The position numbers and the translations under genes were made by a program. From a bacterium (GTDB lineage Bacteria; RBG-13-61-14; DATKZS01): a stretch of 64,000 nucleotides of DNA. Numbering within the stretch: position 1 is the first letter of the stretch; each line of letters starts with the position of its first letter. This document shows positions 38,081-48,326 of this stretch, piece after piece. Under the pieces are notes generated by a model. That model was given only the letters and a program-made list of their open reading frames with translations, was not told where the DNA came from and did no database searches. The DNA lies in contig CAXXFL010000001.1 of assembly GCA_963674965.2 (NCBI GenBank), positions 128,001 to 192,000 of the forward strand, given 5' to 3'.

Positions 38081-39076
38081 TTATCTGCCTTTCTTATTCT
38101 GGACGGCGTTCCTCAGTTCCTCGACCGTCGCCACCGAGGTGCCCAGCTTGCCCACCACGATGCCCGCGGCCAGGTTGGCCGTCTTGACCGCGTCCTCCAA
38201 TCCGAAGCCCGCGGCCAGGGCCGTGGCCAAAACCCCGATCACCGTGTCGCCCGCGCCGGTCACGTCGAAAACCTCGCGGGCCAGGGCGGGAATGTGCAGG
38301 GACTTCTCGCCCGGCCGGAAAAGGCTCATGCCCTTCTCGCCCCGCGTGATGAGCAGGGCCTCGCACCCTAGCCGGGCGATGATGTTGGCGGCCGCCTTCT
38401 CGAGCGTCTCGTCGCCGGTTATCTCGAGGCCCGCCATCTGTCCGGCCTCGCGGTGGTTGGGCGTCAGGACATTCGCCCCGGCGTACCAGTCGGCGTTGAC
38501 GGGCTTGGGGTCAACGGCCAGGGTCTTTCCCTGTTTTTTGCAGAGCCTGACAAGGTCCTGGACCAGGTTTTCGCTGACCAGTCCCTTGGCGTAGTCGCTG
38601 ACTATGACCGCGTCCACCCGGTCCAGGGCCGACCTGACGGCCCGCCAGAAGGATTTATAGGTCGAGGGCTTGAGCGGGCGGATTTCCTCCCGGTCGAACC
38701 TGACCACCTGCTGCTGGTGGGCGATGATCCTGGTCTTGACGGCGGTGGGCCTCGTCTGGCTTCGCCTGACGCAGGAGCGGTCGGCCCCGACGCGGTCCAG
38801 TTCCCTGAGCACGGCCTCGCCGGCGGGGTCCCTTCCCACCACGCCGGCCATGACGGCCCGGGCGCCGAGGGCGAGGACGTTGTTGACCACGTTGGCGGCC
38901 CCTCCCAGGAGGGCGGTCTCCCTCGATACCTCGACCACGGGCACGGGGGCCTCGGGGGATATCCTTTTTACCTTGCCCCAGATGAAAACGTCGTGCATGA
39001 CGTCGCCCACCACCAGGACGCGGGCTTTTTTCAGCTCGTCGAAATAGGGCAATAAATGAACGTTGGACTTGGACAT
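38081..39076 (-). CDS. rfaE1: D-glycero-D-manno-heptose-7-phosphate kinase (stand-alone RfaE domain I, PfkB family)
   Basis: RISPEAPVPV, GGAANV, SDYAKG, VDPK, TPN and DVTGAGDT. Confidence 0.92.
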   Translation of the reverse strand: MSKSNVHLLPYFDELKKARVLVVGDVMHDVFIWGKVKRISPEAPVPVVEVSRETALLGGAANVVNNVLALGARAVMAGVVGRDPAGEAVLRELDRVGADRSCVRRSQTRPTAVKTRIIAHQQQVVRFDREEIRPLKPSTYKSFWRAVRSALDRVDAVIVSDYAKGLVSENLVQDLVRLCKKQGKTLAVDPKPVNADWYAGANVLTPNHREAGQMAGLEITGDETLEKAAANIIARLGCEALLITRGEKGMSLFRPGEKSLHIPALAREVFDVTGAGDTVIGVLATALAAGFGLEDAVKTANLAAGIVVGKLGTSVATVEELRNAVQNKKGR

Positions 39077-39100
39077 TTCACACCACTTTATTATAAAGGT

Positions 39101-39352
39101 TTACTCGGCGTCGCCGATAAGGGACCTGGCGGCGGGGGAGAGGAAGACGTCGTCGAGATCGACCCCGGCGAGGGCCTTGGCCAGCGCCTCGACCCTGTCG
39201 GCCGGGTCCATGGACTCGCTGAGAAAGACGACGGGCTTTCCCTTGAGGAGCACGAGCCCGCCCCGGCCGGCGAGGTCGGCGGCCACGCGCACGCTTACGC
39301 CGGCGGCGCGGGCCGCGGAAAGCAGCTCGTTATACATCGCCTCGGCGTCCAT
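39101..39352 (-). CDS. small hypothetical protein
   Basis: 83 aa in operon context; GGLVLLKGK...[10 protein letters not shown]. Confidence 0.6.
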   Translation of the reverse strand: MDAEAMYNELLSAARAAGVSVRVAADLAGRGGLVLLKGKPVVFLSESMDPADRVEALAKALAGVDLDDVFLSPAARSLIGDAE

Positions 39353-41990
39353 TCGAATTGGGACCGTTCTCGCGGGTTACGTTGCCCATCTCCTTGCGGA
39401 GGTTGGCCGCCTCCTCCGTCAGGATATCGACCACCTCGGAGAGCCTGGCCGCGCTGTCGGTGCTTTCCTGGCTGACCATCTTGATGCGCTCCATGAGCTG
39501 GATGATCTGGGAGCTGCTCTTTTTTTCCTCCTGCTGGGCCTGGCTGATGCTGTAGAGCATCTGGGTGATGTTCTCGATGGACTTGGTAATGAGCTTGGAC
39601 CCCTGGAGCTGCTCCTCGGCGTTCCTCTTGACCTGGAGGGACGCGGTCTTCATTTCCTCGGTGGCCCGAAGGATGAGTGCCCCGCCCCGGGTCTGCTCGG
39701 AGGTGGCCACGGATATCTGGTTGACCATGTCGGCCACCTTGTCGATGGCCTTCGAGACCTGGCGGCTGGACTCGGCCTGCTCGATGGTGGTGTTGGCGAT
39801 GCCCTGGACGCGGGCGGCCGCTTGTCTGGTGCTTTCCATGATCTGGGCGAGGGAGCTCGAGGCCTGGTCGGTAAGCTGGACCCCGGACTCGACGGCGCGG
39901 GCGCCCTCCTCGATGGCGCCGACGGCCTGGACCGATTCCTCCTGCACGCCCTTGATAAGCTGGTGTATCTCCCGGGTCGATCCCGAGGTCCTCTCGGCCA
40001 GCTCCTTGATCTCGTCGGCGACCACGGCGAAGCCTCTTCCGTGCTCGCCCGCCTGGGCGGCGATGATGGCGGCGTTCAAGGCGAGCAGGTTGGTCTGGTT
40101 GGCCACGTCGTCGATGACCTTGACGATTTTTCCGATCTCGGCGACCCTGTCTCCCAGTCTCTCGATGACCTGCTGTCCGGCCAGTACCACCTCGGATATC
40201 TCGTGCATGCCGCCGGTGACCTTGCCCACGGCCTCGACGCCGGCCTCGGCGTCGGCCAGGACCGACTCGCTCCAGTTGGCGGTGTCCTTGGCGCTCTTCT
40301 CGACCTCCCGTATGGAGGCGTCCATCTCGCTCATGCTGGAGGCCGTCTCCTCGGTGACGGCGCTTAAGTTGGTCACGTTTCCCGCCACCTGGTCCAGGGC
40401 CACGGTCATCTCGTTGATCGAGCTCGAGACCTCGGAGATGGACTGGTTAAGAATGTCCACGCTCTCGTTGATCTTCTTCACCGCCGCGCCCATCTCGAAT
40501 ATCGAGCTCGAGCTTTCCTCGGCCGAGGCGCTCAGGGCCTCGACGTTCTCGGCGATGCCCTGGATGCTCATGTCCATCTGGGTGGTGGCCGAGCTGACGT
40601 CGTCGATGGCCTGGTCCTGCATCCTGGCGCCCTCCTCGACGGAGAGGGCCGAGCCGCGGATGGCGCCCGTGGCCTCCTCGAGGCTGCAGATGGCGTCGGT
40701 GATCCTGCCCAGCACGCCGCCAAGCTGAAGGCTCATGCGGCGGAGGGCGAGGGAAAGGTCGCCCACCTCGTCGTTGGCGTGATAGAAGACGTCGCTGTGG
40801 ATGTTGCCCTTGCCCACCTCCTTGGCGAAGCCGACCAGCGCCTTGATCGGGCGCGAGACCTCGCCGGCGATGACCCTGACCACGAGGACGCTTATAAGAA
40901 CGACCACCGCCAGAAGCAATAAAGAGACGACGGCGAAGCTGCCGAGGGAATCGTTATAGTCGCCCCAGGGGAACCCGACCATCAGGTAATATCCGGGGCG
41001 TCCACCCACCTCGATCTCGAAACCGGCCATGATCTCGGCGTGAAAAAGATCGAACTCGACCGCGCCTTCTTTATTTTCGAAAGCCCTGGTCATAATATCG
41101 ACGCCGACCTCGGGCATGTGGTCCATATAATCCATGTCCCGAACCAGCTCGCGATAACTTATATTGCCGTCCTTGTCCTCGTCCTTGCGGACCAGGTAGA
41201 CGTTGAAGGACTCCCCCTCCTCCGACTTGAGTTCCTTGAGACTCGAGACGAGTCTGGACTCGGAGCCAACGCTCGAGGAAAGACCCGCGTTCCATTCCTT
41301 CTTTAGCCATTTAAGCTTATGGGAGCCGGCCTCCTGCTGCACGGCCGTCGAGGCCTGCCGGTATCCGGCCAGGGCCGCGATGAAGAAACTGAAGCCGATA
41401 AGAGGGATAAGGGTGATGCTCATGAAGCTCTTCAAGGCCAGGCGCTTGGAGTCTATCTTCTCGTTAAGGATATCGGGCGACTTGTGAATGATCATCCCAA
41501 CCACGGGATCGAGAATGTCCCGCCAGTAATAAAACTGGAATATGGTGATAATTGCGGCGGCGCTCCAGATGCTGACCAACATGGATATGAAGTCCATGGG
41601 CCGGAGTTTCCAGTCGGTCAAGCCCGTGGCGAAGACGACCACCAGGAAACCGCAGAAGCACCAGATGAAAAGGCCGAAGAGGGGCATCTTGATGGGAAAG
41701 TCGAGCATGGACGCAAGGGCCTCGGACCCGGTGACCCCGCTTTCTTCTCCCTGGTCGATAAACTTGCTCGCCTTGTCCCATCTCCTTTTCATGAGAACGT
41801 GCTCGTGAACCAGGATGAGCCCAATTATAAAAGGAGAGGCCAAGGCCAGCGCCTTTATTATTACCGTTACGGGAACGGTGGGAATAAGGATCGTCGTGTA
41901 AATCGAGAGGAGAGCGATTCCTCCCGGGGTGATGCCTATGAACAAAATCAAGCTAAGCTTTTTCTTGGCCTTGTCGACAACTTGCGCCAT
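39330..41990 (-). CDS. methyl-accepting chemotaxis protein, multi-TM
   Basis: HAMP (NDEVGDL) and [37 protein letters not shown] signalling tip. Confidence 0.93.
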   Translation of the reverse strand: MAQVVDKAKKKLSLILFIGITPGGIALLSIYTTILIPTVPVTVIIKALALASPFIIGLILVHEHVLMKRRWDKASKFIDQGEESGVTGSEALASMLDFPIKMPLFGLFIWCFCGFLVVVFATGLTDWKLRPMDFISMLVSIWSAAAIITIFQFYYWRDILDPVVGMIIHKSPDILNEKIDSKRLALKSFMSITLIPLIGFSFFIAALAGYRQASTAVQQEAGSHKLKWLKKEWNAGLSSSVGSESRLVSSLKELKSEEGESFNVYLVRKDEDKDGNISYRELVRDMDYMDHMPEVGVDIMTRAFENKEGAVEFDLFHAEIMAGFEIEVGGRPGYYLMVGFPWGDYNDSLGSFAVVSLLLLAVVVLISVLVVRVIAGEVSRPIKALVGFAKEVGKGNIHSDVFYHANDEVGDLSLALRRMSLQLGGVLGRITDAICSLEEATGAIRGSALSVEEGARMQDQAIDDVSSATTQMDMSIQGIAENVEALSASAEESSSSIFEMGAAVKKINESVDILNQSISEVSSSINEMTVALDQVAGNVTNLSAVTEETASSMSEMDASIREVEKSAKDTANWSESVLADAEAGVEAVGKVTGGMHEISEVVLAGQQVIERLGDRVAEIGKIVKVIDDVANQTNLLALNAAIIAAQAGEHGRGFAVVADEIKELAERTSGSTREIHQLIKGVQEESVQAVGAIEEGARAVESGVQLTDQASSSLAQIMESTRQAAARVQGIANTTIEQAESSRQVSKAIDKVADMVNQISVATSEQTRGGALILRATEEMKTASLQVKRNAEEQLQGSKLITKSIENITQMLYSISQAQQEEKKSSSQIIQLMERIKMVSQESTDSAARLSEVVDILTEEAANLRKEMGNVTRENGPNSNGRRGDV

Positions 41991-42005
41991 GATATCCCCG
42001 CACAG

Positions 42006-42311
42006 TTAGTGTATTCGTCCCGTGGTGGGCACTTCTTCCTCGTAAACTTCTCCAAAGGGATGCTTGACCCAGTCGTCCCGGCAGCGCTTGCACAGCACGA
42101 AGGACATCCTCTGGTAAACCTCGTCGGTCAGTTCCCGTTCGCTTTTATTTTCTATTTCCCGCCAGAGATTCGATCGGTCCATGGAACTCTCGGGCGCCTC
42201 GATGTGCCCGTCAAAGTCGGCCACGATGTTAATGGTAACCAGGTACCGCGTATTGCCGCCAACGAGGGCCCGCCCGCAACTACCGCAATACTGAACGGTG
42301 TTTGAAGCCAT
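42006..42311 (-). CDS. small putative zinc-binding protein
   Basis: CGSCG and LCKRC pairs; 15 nt upstream of the MCP gene. Confidence 0.65.
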   Translation of the reverse strand: MASNTVQYCGSCGRALVGGNTRYLVTINIVADFDGHIEAPESSMDRSNLWREIENKSERELTDEVYQRMSFVLCKRCRDDWVKHPFGEVYEEEVPTTGRIH

Positions 42312-42541
42312 TTTTTCAGCGCCTCCGGTTTACGGTTTAATTCCACGCTCCCTTTTATATTAAAATTTTATTAAAATACAAAGGCGATTATAAATCAGTA
42401 ACTAAGTAAACTCAAGCCGGGAGGAGCGGACGCGGTAAAAATTTTAACCGCTCGGTTATTTTCATCCATACTCCGGCGTGAACTAATCTTTGCGCGTTTG
42501 CGAAAGGGTGCTTACATTATTAATTGAAAGGAGGTTTTGCC

Positions 42542-42742
42542 ATGAACAAAACCGTTAAGATACCGAATATTACCTGCGGCCATTGCGTGGCCAACATAAA
42601 AAGGGAACTGGTTGACCTCGAGGGCGTGGTAAGCGTCGGCGGCGATCCGGATTCGAAAGAGGTAACCGTGGAATGGGCCGAGCCCGCGAAATGGGAGGAT
42701 ATTGAAGAGGTCCTTAACGAGATCGGGTACCCGCCCGCGTAA
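42542..42742 (+). CDS. copZ: copper chaperone (HMA domain)
   Basis: ITCGHC...IGY; AGGAGG RBS; directly upstream of the P1B ATPase. Confidence 0.88.
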   Translation: MNKTVKIPNITCGHCVANIKRELVDLEGVVSVGGDPDSKEVTVEWAEPAKWEDIEEVLNEIGYPPA

Positions 42743-42753
42743 GGTGGAATGGC

Positions 42754-45000
42754 ATGGCCCGGAAAAGAGTCGAAATACCCGTGATCGGCATGACCTGCGC
42801 CAACTGCTCGAGAGCGGTCGAGCGCGTTCTGACCAAAAAGGTGGAAGGCGTGTCCTCGGCGGAGGTCAACCTGGCCTCGGACCTGGCCCAGGTGGTGTAC
42901 GACCCGGATATTACGGGACTGGACGCCATGGCCGAGGCGGTGAAAAAAGCCGGATACCTCCTGGTCCTGCCCGAGGAGGGAAAGGAGAACGAGGACGTCG
43001 AGGCCGAGGCCAGACGCAAGGAGCAAAAAGCCCAGTCGCGCGCTCTTCAAGTCGGCATCGTTTTCACCTTGCCCCTTTTCGCCTTAAGCATGCTCCGCGA
43101 CTTCGGCTTTCTCGGACCTGGTTTCTCGGAGGCCTGGTTCAACTGGATCCTGTTCGGCCTGGCCGTTCCCGTCCAGTTCTATACGGGATGGGGCTACTAC
43201 GTGGGCGGCGTAAAGAGCCTGGCCAACCGGAGCGCCAACATGGACGTTCTCGTGGCCATGGGTTCGTCGGTGGCCTTTTTCTACTCGGTCTCCGTCCTTG
43301 TCTTGCCGGCCCTTGGCGGCCACGTTTATTTCGAGACGTCGGCCATGATCGTGACCCTGATCAAGGTGGGCAAGTATCTCGAGTCCCGGGCCAAAGGCCG
43401 GGCGGGAAGGGCCATCCGCGCATTGATGGACCTGGCGCCGAAAAAGGCCCATCTGGTGGTTGAGGGGAACTCGATCCAGGACGTTCCTTTAAAGGCGTTG
43501 AGTAAGGGCGACCTGGTCCTGGTCAAGCCGGGCGAGAGGATACCCGTGGACGGCGAAGTTATCGAGGGTTCCTCCTCGGTGGACGAGAGCGCCTTTACGG
43601 GCGAGTTCATGCCGGTGGACAAGTCGGCGGGGGATAGGGTCCTGGGCGGCACGTTCAACCTGCAGGGAGCGCTCGAGGTCCGGGCCCAGGCCGTGGGCTC
43701 GGAGGCGGCGCTGGCCGAGGTGATCCGGCTGGCGAGAAAGGCCCAGGGAAGCAAGGCGCCCATCCAGAGGCTGGCCGACAAGGTCTCGGCTTATTTCGTT
43801 CCGGCCATCATCATGATCTCGATCGTCACCTTTATTCTCTGGTGGACCCTGGGCGGCGAGTTCGTGCCCGCCATGGTGAGGATGGTGGCGGTCCTGGTCA
43901 TCGCCTGTCCCTGCGCGCTGGGACTGGCCACCCCCGCGGCGGTGCTGGTGGGCTCGGGCAAGGGCGCGTCCATGGGCATACTCTTCAGGAACGCCGAGGC
44001 CCTGGAAAAGGCCCACGCCGTGAACACGGTGATCTTCGACAAGACCGGCACCGTCACCATGGGCAAACCGACGTTGGCCGACTGGCTGTACCTTGGCGAG
44101 GACGGCCGGGACCAGGAAGTACTTGGTCTGGCCGTTGCCGCGGCGTCCCTTTCCGAGCACCCCATTTCCCGGGCCATCGTGTCCGGCGCGAAGGACCGAA
44201 AGGTCTTTCCCGCTCACGCCGTTAATTTCAAGGCTTCCTCCGGCTTCGGTATCGAGGCCGAGGTCTCGGGGAAGCCGGTCAAAGTGGGACGGCTCGAGTG
44301 GGTCGCCGGACCGGCCGGGATACCGGACAAAGTAAGGAAAGCCCATGCCAAGCTGAGTGAGGCCGGCGCGACGGTGAGCGCGGTTTCGGTTTCGGGTTCG
44401 ATAGTCGGCCTGCTTGGGGTGTCCGACCCGGTTAAGCCCGGGGCCGGCGAGGCCATTAAGCGGCTGATCGAGATGGGGGTCGAGCCGGTCATGCTTACCG
44501 GCGACGGGGAGGTGGCCGCCCGCTCGGCCGCTTCCCAGGTGGGCATTGAAAAGGTCATCGCCCAGGTCCTTCCCGCGGACAAGGAGGCCGAGGTGAGGAA
44601 AGCCGGCGAGGAGGGCAAGGTCGTGGCCATGGTGGGCGACGGCGTTAACGACGCGCCCGCCCTGGCGGCGGCTGGGGTCAGCTTCGCCATGAGCACGGGC
44701 ACGGACGCGGCCATGGAAGCGGCGGACGTTACCCTTCTGGGCGGAGACCTGGCGGGCGTGGCCCGGGCCATCGAGCTATCGCGTGCCACCATGCGGACCA
44801 TCCGCCAGAACCTGTTCTGGGCCTTTTTCTACAACCTGCTTTTGGTGCCGGCGGCCGCGGGCGCCTTCCACGGCGTGGCCTTTTTGCCCGGGTTCATCCG
44901 TGACCTCCATCCGGCCATGGCCGCGGCCGCCATGGCCGCCTCGAGCATAACCGTCGTGTTGAACGGGCTTCGGCTGGATAAAAGTAAGATCGGGAAATGA
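42754..45000 (+). CDS. copA: copper-translocating P1B-type ATPase
   Basis: GMTCANC, ACPCALG, DKTGT, SEHP, GDGVND, YN and MAASS. Confidence 0.93.
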   Translation: MARKRVEIPVIGMTCANCSRAVERVLTKKVEGVSSAEVNLASDLAQVVYDPDITGLDAMAEAVKKAGYLLVLPEEGKENEDVEAEARRKEQKAQSRALQVGIVFTLPLFALSMLRDFGFLGPGFSEAWFNWILFGLAVPVQFYTGWGYYVGGVKSLANRSANMDVLVAMGSSVAFFYSVSVLVLPALGGHVYFETSAMIVTLIKVGKYLESRAKGRAGRAIRALMDLAPKKAHLVVEGNSIQDVPLKALSKGDLVLVKPGERIPVDGEVIEGSSSVDESAFTGEFMPVDKSAGDRVLGGTFNLQGALEVRAQAVGSEAALAEVIRLARKAQGSKAPIQRLADKVSAYFVPAIIMISIVTFILWWTLGGEFVPAMVRMVAVLVIACPCALGLATPAAVLVGSGKGASMGILFRNAEALEKAHAVNTVIFDKTGTVTMGKPTLADWLYLGEDGRDQEVLGLAVAAASLSEHPISRAIVSGAKDRKVFPAHAVNFKASSGFGIEAEVSGKPVKVGRLEWVAGPAGIPDKVRKAHAKLSEAGATVSAVSVSGSIVGLLGVSDPVKPGAGEAIKRLIEMGVEPVMLTGDGEVAARSAASQVGIEKVIAQVLPADKEAEVRKAGEEGKVVAMVGDGVNDAPALAAAGVSFAMSTGTDAAMEAADVTLLGGDLAGVARAIELSRATMRTIRQNLFWAFFYNLLLVPAAAGAFHGVAFLPGFIRDLHPAMAAAAMAASSITVVLNGLRLDKSKIGK

Positions 45001-45067
45001 GGGACGCTCCGGGACGGGCGGCAAAGGCCCCCGGGTTTGAGCGCGAAACCGGAACGGCGGGCGTTTT

Positions 45068-45433
45068 TCAGGCGAACATGAGCTTGACTTTTTCTCTTAT
45101 TTCCTTGGGCGAGAAGGGTTTTTCCATAAAGGCGTCGCCTCCGGCCATTTGGGCGGAGTACCTGGAGACGGCCCCGGTCCTGGCTGACAGGAAGAGGATG
45201 GGCGTGTGTTTGTTTTGCTCGGTCTTTCTGAGGAATTCGCATACCTCGTATCCGGTCATGCCCGGCATCATGATATCCAGGATCACGAGGTCGGGTTTAA
45301 TTTCCCTGGCCTTGGCCAGGGCCTCGTACCCGTCCTTGGCCTCATGCAGATCGAACCCTTCCTTCTTGAGCGATCTAACGACAAGGACCCGGTTTTCTTC
45401 ATTATCGTCCACTATTAGGATTTTCCTGCTCAT
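45068..45433 (-). CDS. single-domain response regulator
   Basis: ILIVDD, LDIMMP, FLSA and EKPF. Confidence 0.92.
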   Translation of the reverse strand: MSRKILIVDDNEENRVLVVRSLKKEGFDLHEAKDGYEALAKAREIKPDLVILDIMMPGMTGYEVCEFLRKTEQNKHTPILFLSARTGAVSRYSAQMAGGDAFMEKPFSPKEIREKVKLMFA

Positions 45434-45762
45434 TAACCCACCGTTTAATTTCCCGATCACGGCCTGGCGAGGAGAAGACAGTTAAGAAGGAAGCTTACGC
45501 CAAGGTTTGTAAAAAGAATACATCAGAAGCAATAACTCAATAGACGAACGTGCAATAAATTGGTTCCCCACTAACTTAATTACCCGATAATTGTTAGCCG
45601 ATCATGAGCGTTTTGTCAAGAAAAAACAATTTTCATGCCAACGCCAAATTTGGCGGAAACGACCGACAACCATTTTCCTTGCTCCAATCAAATCTTGTTA
45701 TTGCTTTTATACTGGACCATAAGGCTATATTAAAGTAGAATTGAATATGGAGATATTGGAAT

Positions 45763-46725
45763 ATGCCGGTAAACATGGATAAGCCTCATCTGTGGAAAGC
45801 CGACGTCGCGGAATCCGTGGATTTTTACAACGAATGGTTCATGCGATTTGCTCCCAGGGCTTTTCGAGAAACGAGGCGAGAAACAACGGCTCAAGTTGAG
45901 GAAGCTTTGAAGCTCACAAATAGCCTCAAGGATATATCCCCAGATATCCTATCCAAGGACCCAGGGATACTTTCGATTCTACGAATGTCAACGGCCCCGC
46001 CCATCGCTCGGGACCGATTAATTGGTCTTGCGTCCGTATCTCCGAATCTTGTGAGAAACATGGAACTCAAACGGCGAGTCTCTCCCAATATGGATCGCGC
46101 GGTCATGTTTGAAGAATTGAGAAAAATGGGAAATCTTATCAGAGAGCTTGCCGATCTGGATATTTTTCCGTGGCTTGAGGACGACCATAATCCGCGAAAA
46201 GAGGAAGTTCATCGAGCGGCAACCGTCGTGGCTGACCGCCTTTGCGGGGCTTTGGCGGACCCTATTGTCAGGAACGCTCAGGAGAGACGCCAACTTTCAT
46301 CAATACAATCCTGGCTTGAGAAGCGAGGCTACAATTATATAAAACCGACGACCATATCCGATTTCCAAAAGATGGAGGCTGGTACTTTCACGTTCCATTT
46401 GAATATTTCGGTCGCTCTTGACGGCGGCCTGAAGAAAATCAATATTCCCGTTGACCTGGCCGTAATGCCTAAAACCAAACCGGATGCCCCATTGCCCGTC
46501 ATGATAGAATGTAAATCCGCCGGAGATTTTACAAACACCAATAAAAGACGCAAGGAAGAAGCGATTAAAATCACACAATTAAGGGCTAACTACGGCGCCG
46601 GCGTAAGTTTTATTCTGTTTCTTTGCGGCTATTTCGATAGCGGCTATCTCGGCTACGAGGCGGCGGAAGGGATAGATTGGGTTTGGGAGCACCGGATCGG
46701 CGACCTAGCGGGATTTGGGCTTTAA
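45763..46725 (+). CDS. type II restriction endonuclease, XamI family-like
   Basis: PVD...IECKSAGDFTNTNKRRKEE (PD-(D/E)xK), MSTAPPIARDRLIGLA and GIDWVWEHR; coupled to a methyltransferase; lower GC than the backbone. Confidence 0.8.
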   Translation: MPVNMDKPHLWKADVAESVDFYNEWFMRFAPRAFRETRRETTAQVEEALKLTNSLKDISPDILSKDPGILSILRMSTAPPIARDRLIGLASVSPNLVRNMELKRRVSPNMDRAVMFEELRKMGNLIRELADLDIFPWLEDDHNPRKEEVHRAATVVADRLCGALADPIVRNAQERRQLSSIQSWLEKRGYNYIKPTTISDFQKMEAGTFTFHLNISVALDGGLKKINIPVDLAVMPKTKPDAPLPVMIECKSAGDFTNTNKRRKEEAIKITQLRANYGAGVSFILFLCGYFDSGYLGYEAAEGIDWVWEHRIGDLAGFGL

Positions 46726-48308
46726 TGATGCTGGACGTCGAAAAACAAGAACGGCGGCGACTCGAATTGCAATCTCGCCTCGACGATGAAAAGAGCCAAG
46801 GTGAAAGGAACCGTCTCGGGCAGTTCGCGACGCCAACGGCTTTGGCCGCGGATATTTTATCCTACGCGAAAACCCTTCTGCCGGATAAGGAAATTATCCG
46901 ATTCCTGGACCCGGCGATCGGCACGGGATCATTTTACTCGGCCTTCCTCCGCGTTTTCGGAGCGGGCGGGGCCCACTTTGCGGTTGGCTTTGAAATAGAC
47001 GAACATTACGGGAATCCCGCCCGCGAATTGTGGTCGGAAAGCGATCTGACAATAAGGCCGGAGGATTTTACCAAAGCATCCCCTCCGGCCAAGGAAAATG
47101 AAAAAGCCGATCTTATAATCTGCAACCCTCCCTACGTTCGCCATCATCACCTCTCCTCTGAGGATAAAAAAAGGCTCGGCTCGCTGGTATCTTCCCGCCA
47201 TGGAATAACTCTCTCGGGTCTGAGCGGCTTATACTGCTATTTCCTTTGCCTCTCCATCGATTGGATGGCCAAGGGCAGTATTGCGGCCTGGCTGATTCCA
47301 AGCGAATTCATGGACGTCAATTACGGCGCCAAAATCAAGGAGTTCCTGCTCTCCAGAGTCGCCTTGCTTCACGTCCACAGGTTCTCCCCGCAAGACGCGC
47401 AATTCGGCGACGCTCTGGTTTCGTCAGCCATCGTCTGCATTAAAAACGAGCGGCCCAATCGTGATTTTCATCCGGTCTTTTCCTTTGGCGGAAGCCTCCT
47501 TGCTCCAAAAGAGCAAAAATCCTACTCCATCGGAGAATTGCGCGAGGTAAACAAATGGACTCGCCTGCCGGAAAGCGTGGACGTGGAAAAGGAGCGCGCT
47601 TCCCGTTTTACTATCGGGGATTTCTTCGACGTAAAAAGGGGCATTGCCACGGGGGCCAACGATTTCTTTATTCTTTCCCCCTCTGAAATCCGCCGCCGAT
47701 CCATTCCCCCGACTTTCCTCACCCCCATTCTTCCAAGCCCCCGGTATGTGAAATCCGATTTCATTCTCGGTGACGACCGAGGCGTTCCCGACCTGGAAAA
47801 GCTTGGCTTTTTGTTCTCGAGCGGAATTCCGGAAGAAGTGATAAGAGAAAAATTCCCAAAGGTAGGGGCTTACCTGGAGGAAGGGCGCGCGCGGGGAATT
47901 CACGAGCGTTATTTATGCCGCAATCGGCGGCCCTGGTATTTGCAGGAAAACCGGGACGTCGCTCCCTTCCTCTGCACGTATATGGGAAGGTCGAAAGAGG
48001 GGAATGGATCGAAGCCTTTCCGCTTTATATTAAATCGCTCGCGGGCCATCGCGGCGAACGTTTACTTGATGCTCTATCCAAATTCCCGGATAAAAAAACT
48101 CATGCAAGACGATCCGGCGCTTATGGAAAAGATTTGGGCCGTCCTTCAGTCAATCCCCGCGCGGAGTCTCTTAAGCGAAGGCCGCGTATACGGAGGGGGC
48201 CTTTATAAAATGGAACCCAAGGAATTGCTTAACGCGCCCGCCGACGCCCTTGCCGATCTGCTTCCCGAAAACGTCATAAGCCGCGCGAGACAAATGTCTT
48301 TATTTTAA
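46725..48308 (+). CDS. N6-adenine DNA methyltransferase (gamma-class motif order)
   Basis: GQFATP, LDPAIGTGSF (motif I) and ICNPPY (motif IV); TAATG overlap with the endonuclease gene. Confidence 0.92.
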   Translation: MMLDVEKQERRRLELQSRLDDEKSQGERNRLGQFATPTALAADILSYAKTLLPDKEIIRFLDPAIGTGSFYSAFLRVFGAGGAHFAVGFEIDEHYGNPARELWSESDLTIRPEDFTKASPPAKENEKADLIICNPPYVRHHHLSSEDKKRLGSLVSSRHGITLSGLSGLYCYFLCLSIDWMAKGSIAAWLIPSEFMDVNYGAKIKEFLLSRVALLHVHRFSPQDAQFGDALVSSAIVCIKNERPNRDFHPVFSFGGSLLAPKEQKSYSIGELREVNKWTRLPESVDVEKERASRFTIGDFFDVKRGIATGANDFFILSPSEIRRRSIPPTFLTPILPSPRYVKSDFILGDDRGVPDLEKLGFLFSSGIPEEVIREKFPKVGAYLEEGRARGIHERYLCRNRRPWYLQENRDVAPFLCTYMGRSKEGNGSKPFRFILNRSRAIAANVYLMLYPNSRIKKLMQDDPALMEKIWAVLQSIPARSLLSEGRVYGGGLYKMEPKELLNAPADALADLLPENVISRARQMSLF

Positions 48309-48326
48309 AGAAAGTTACGTATCCCG

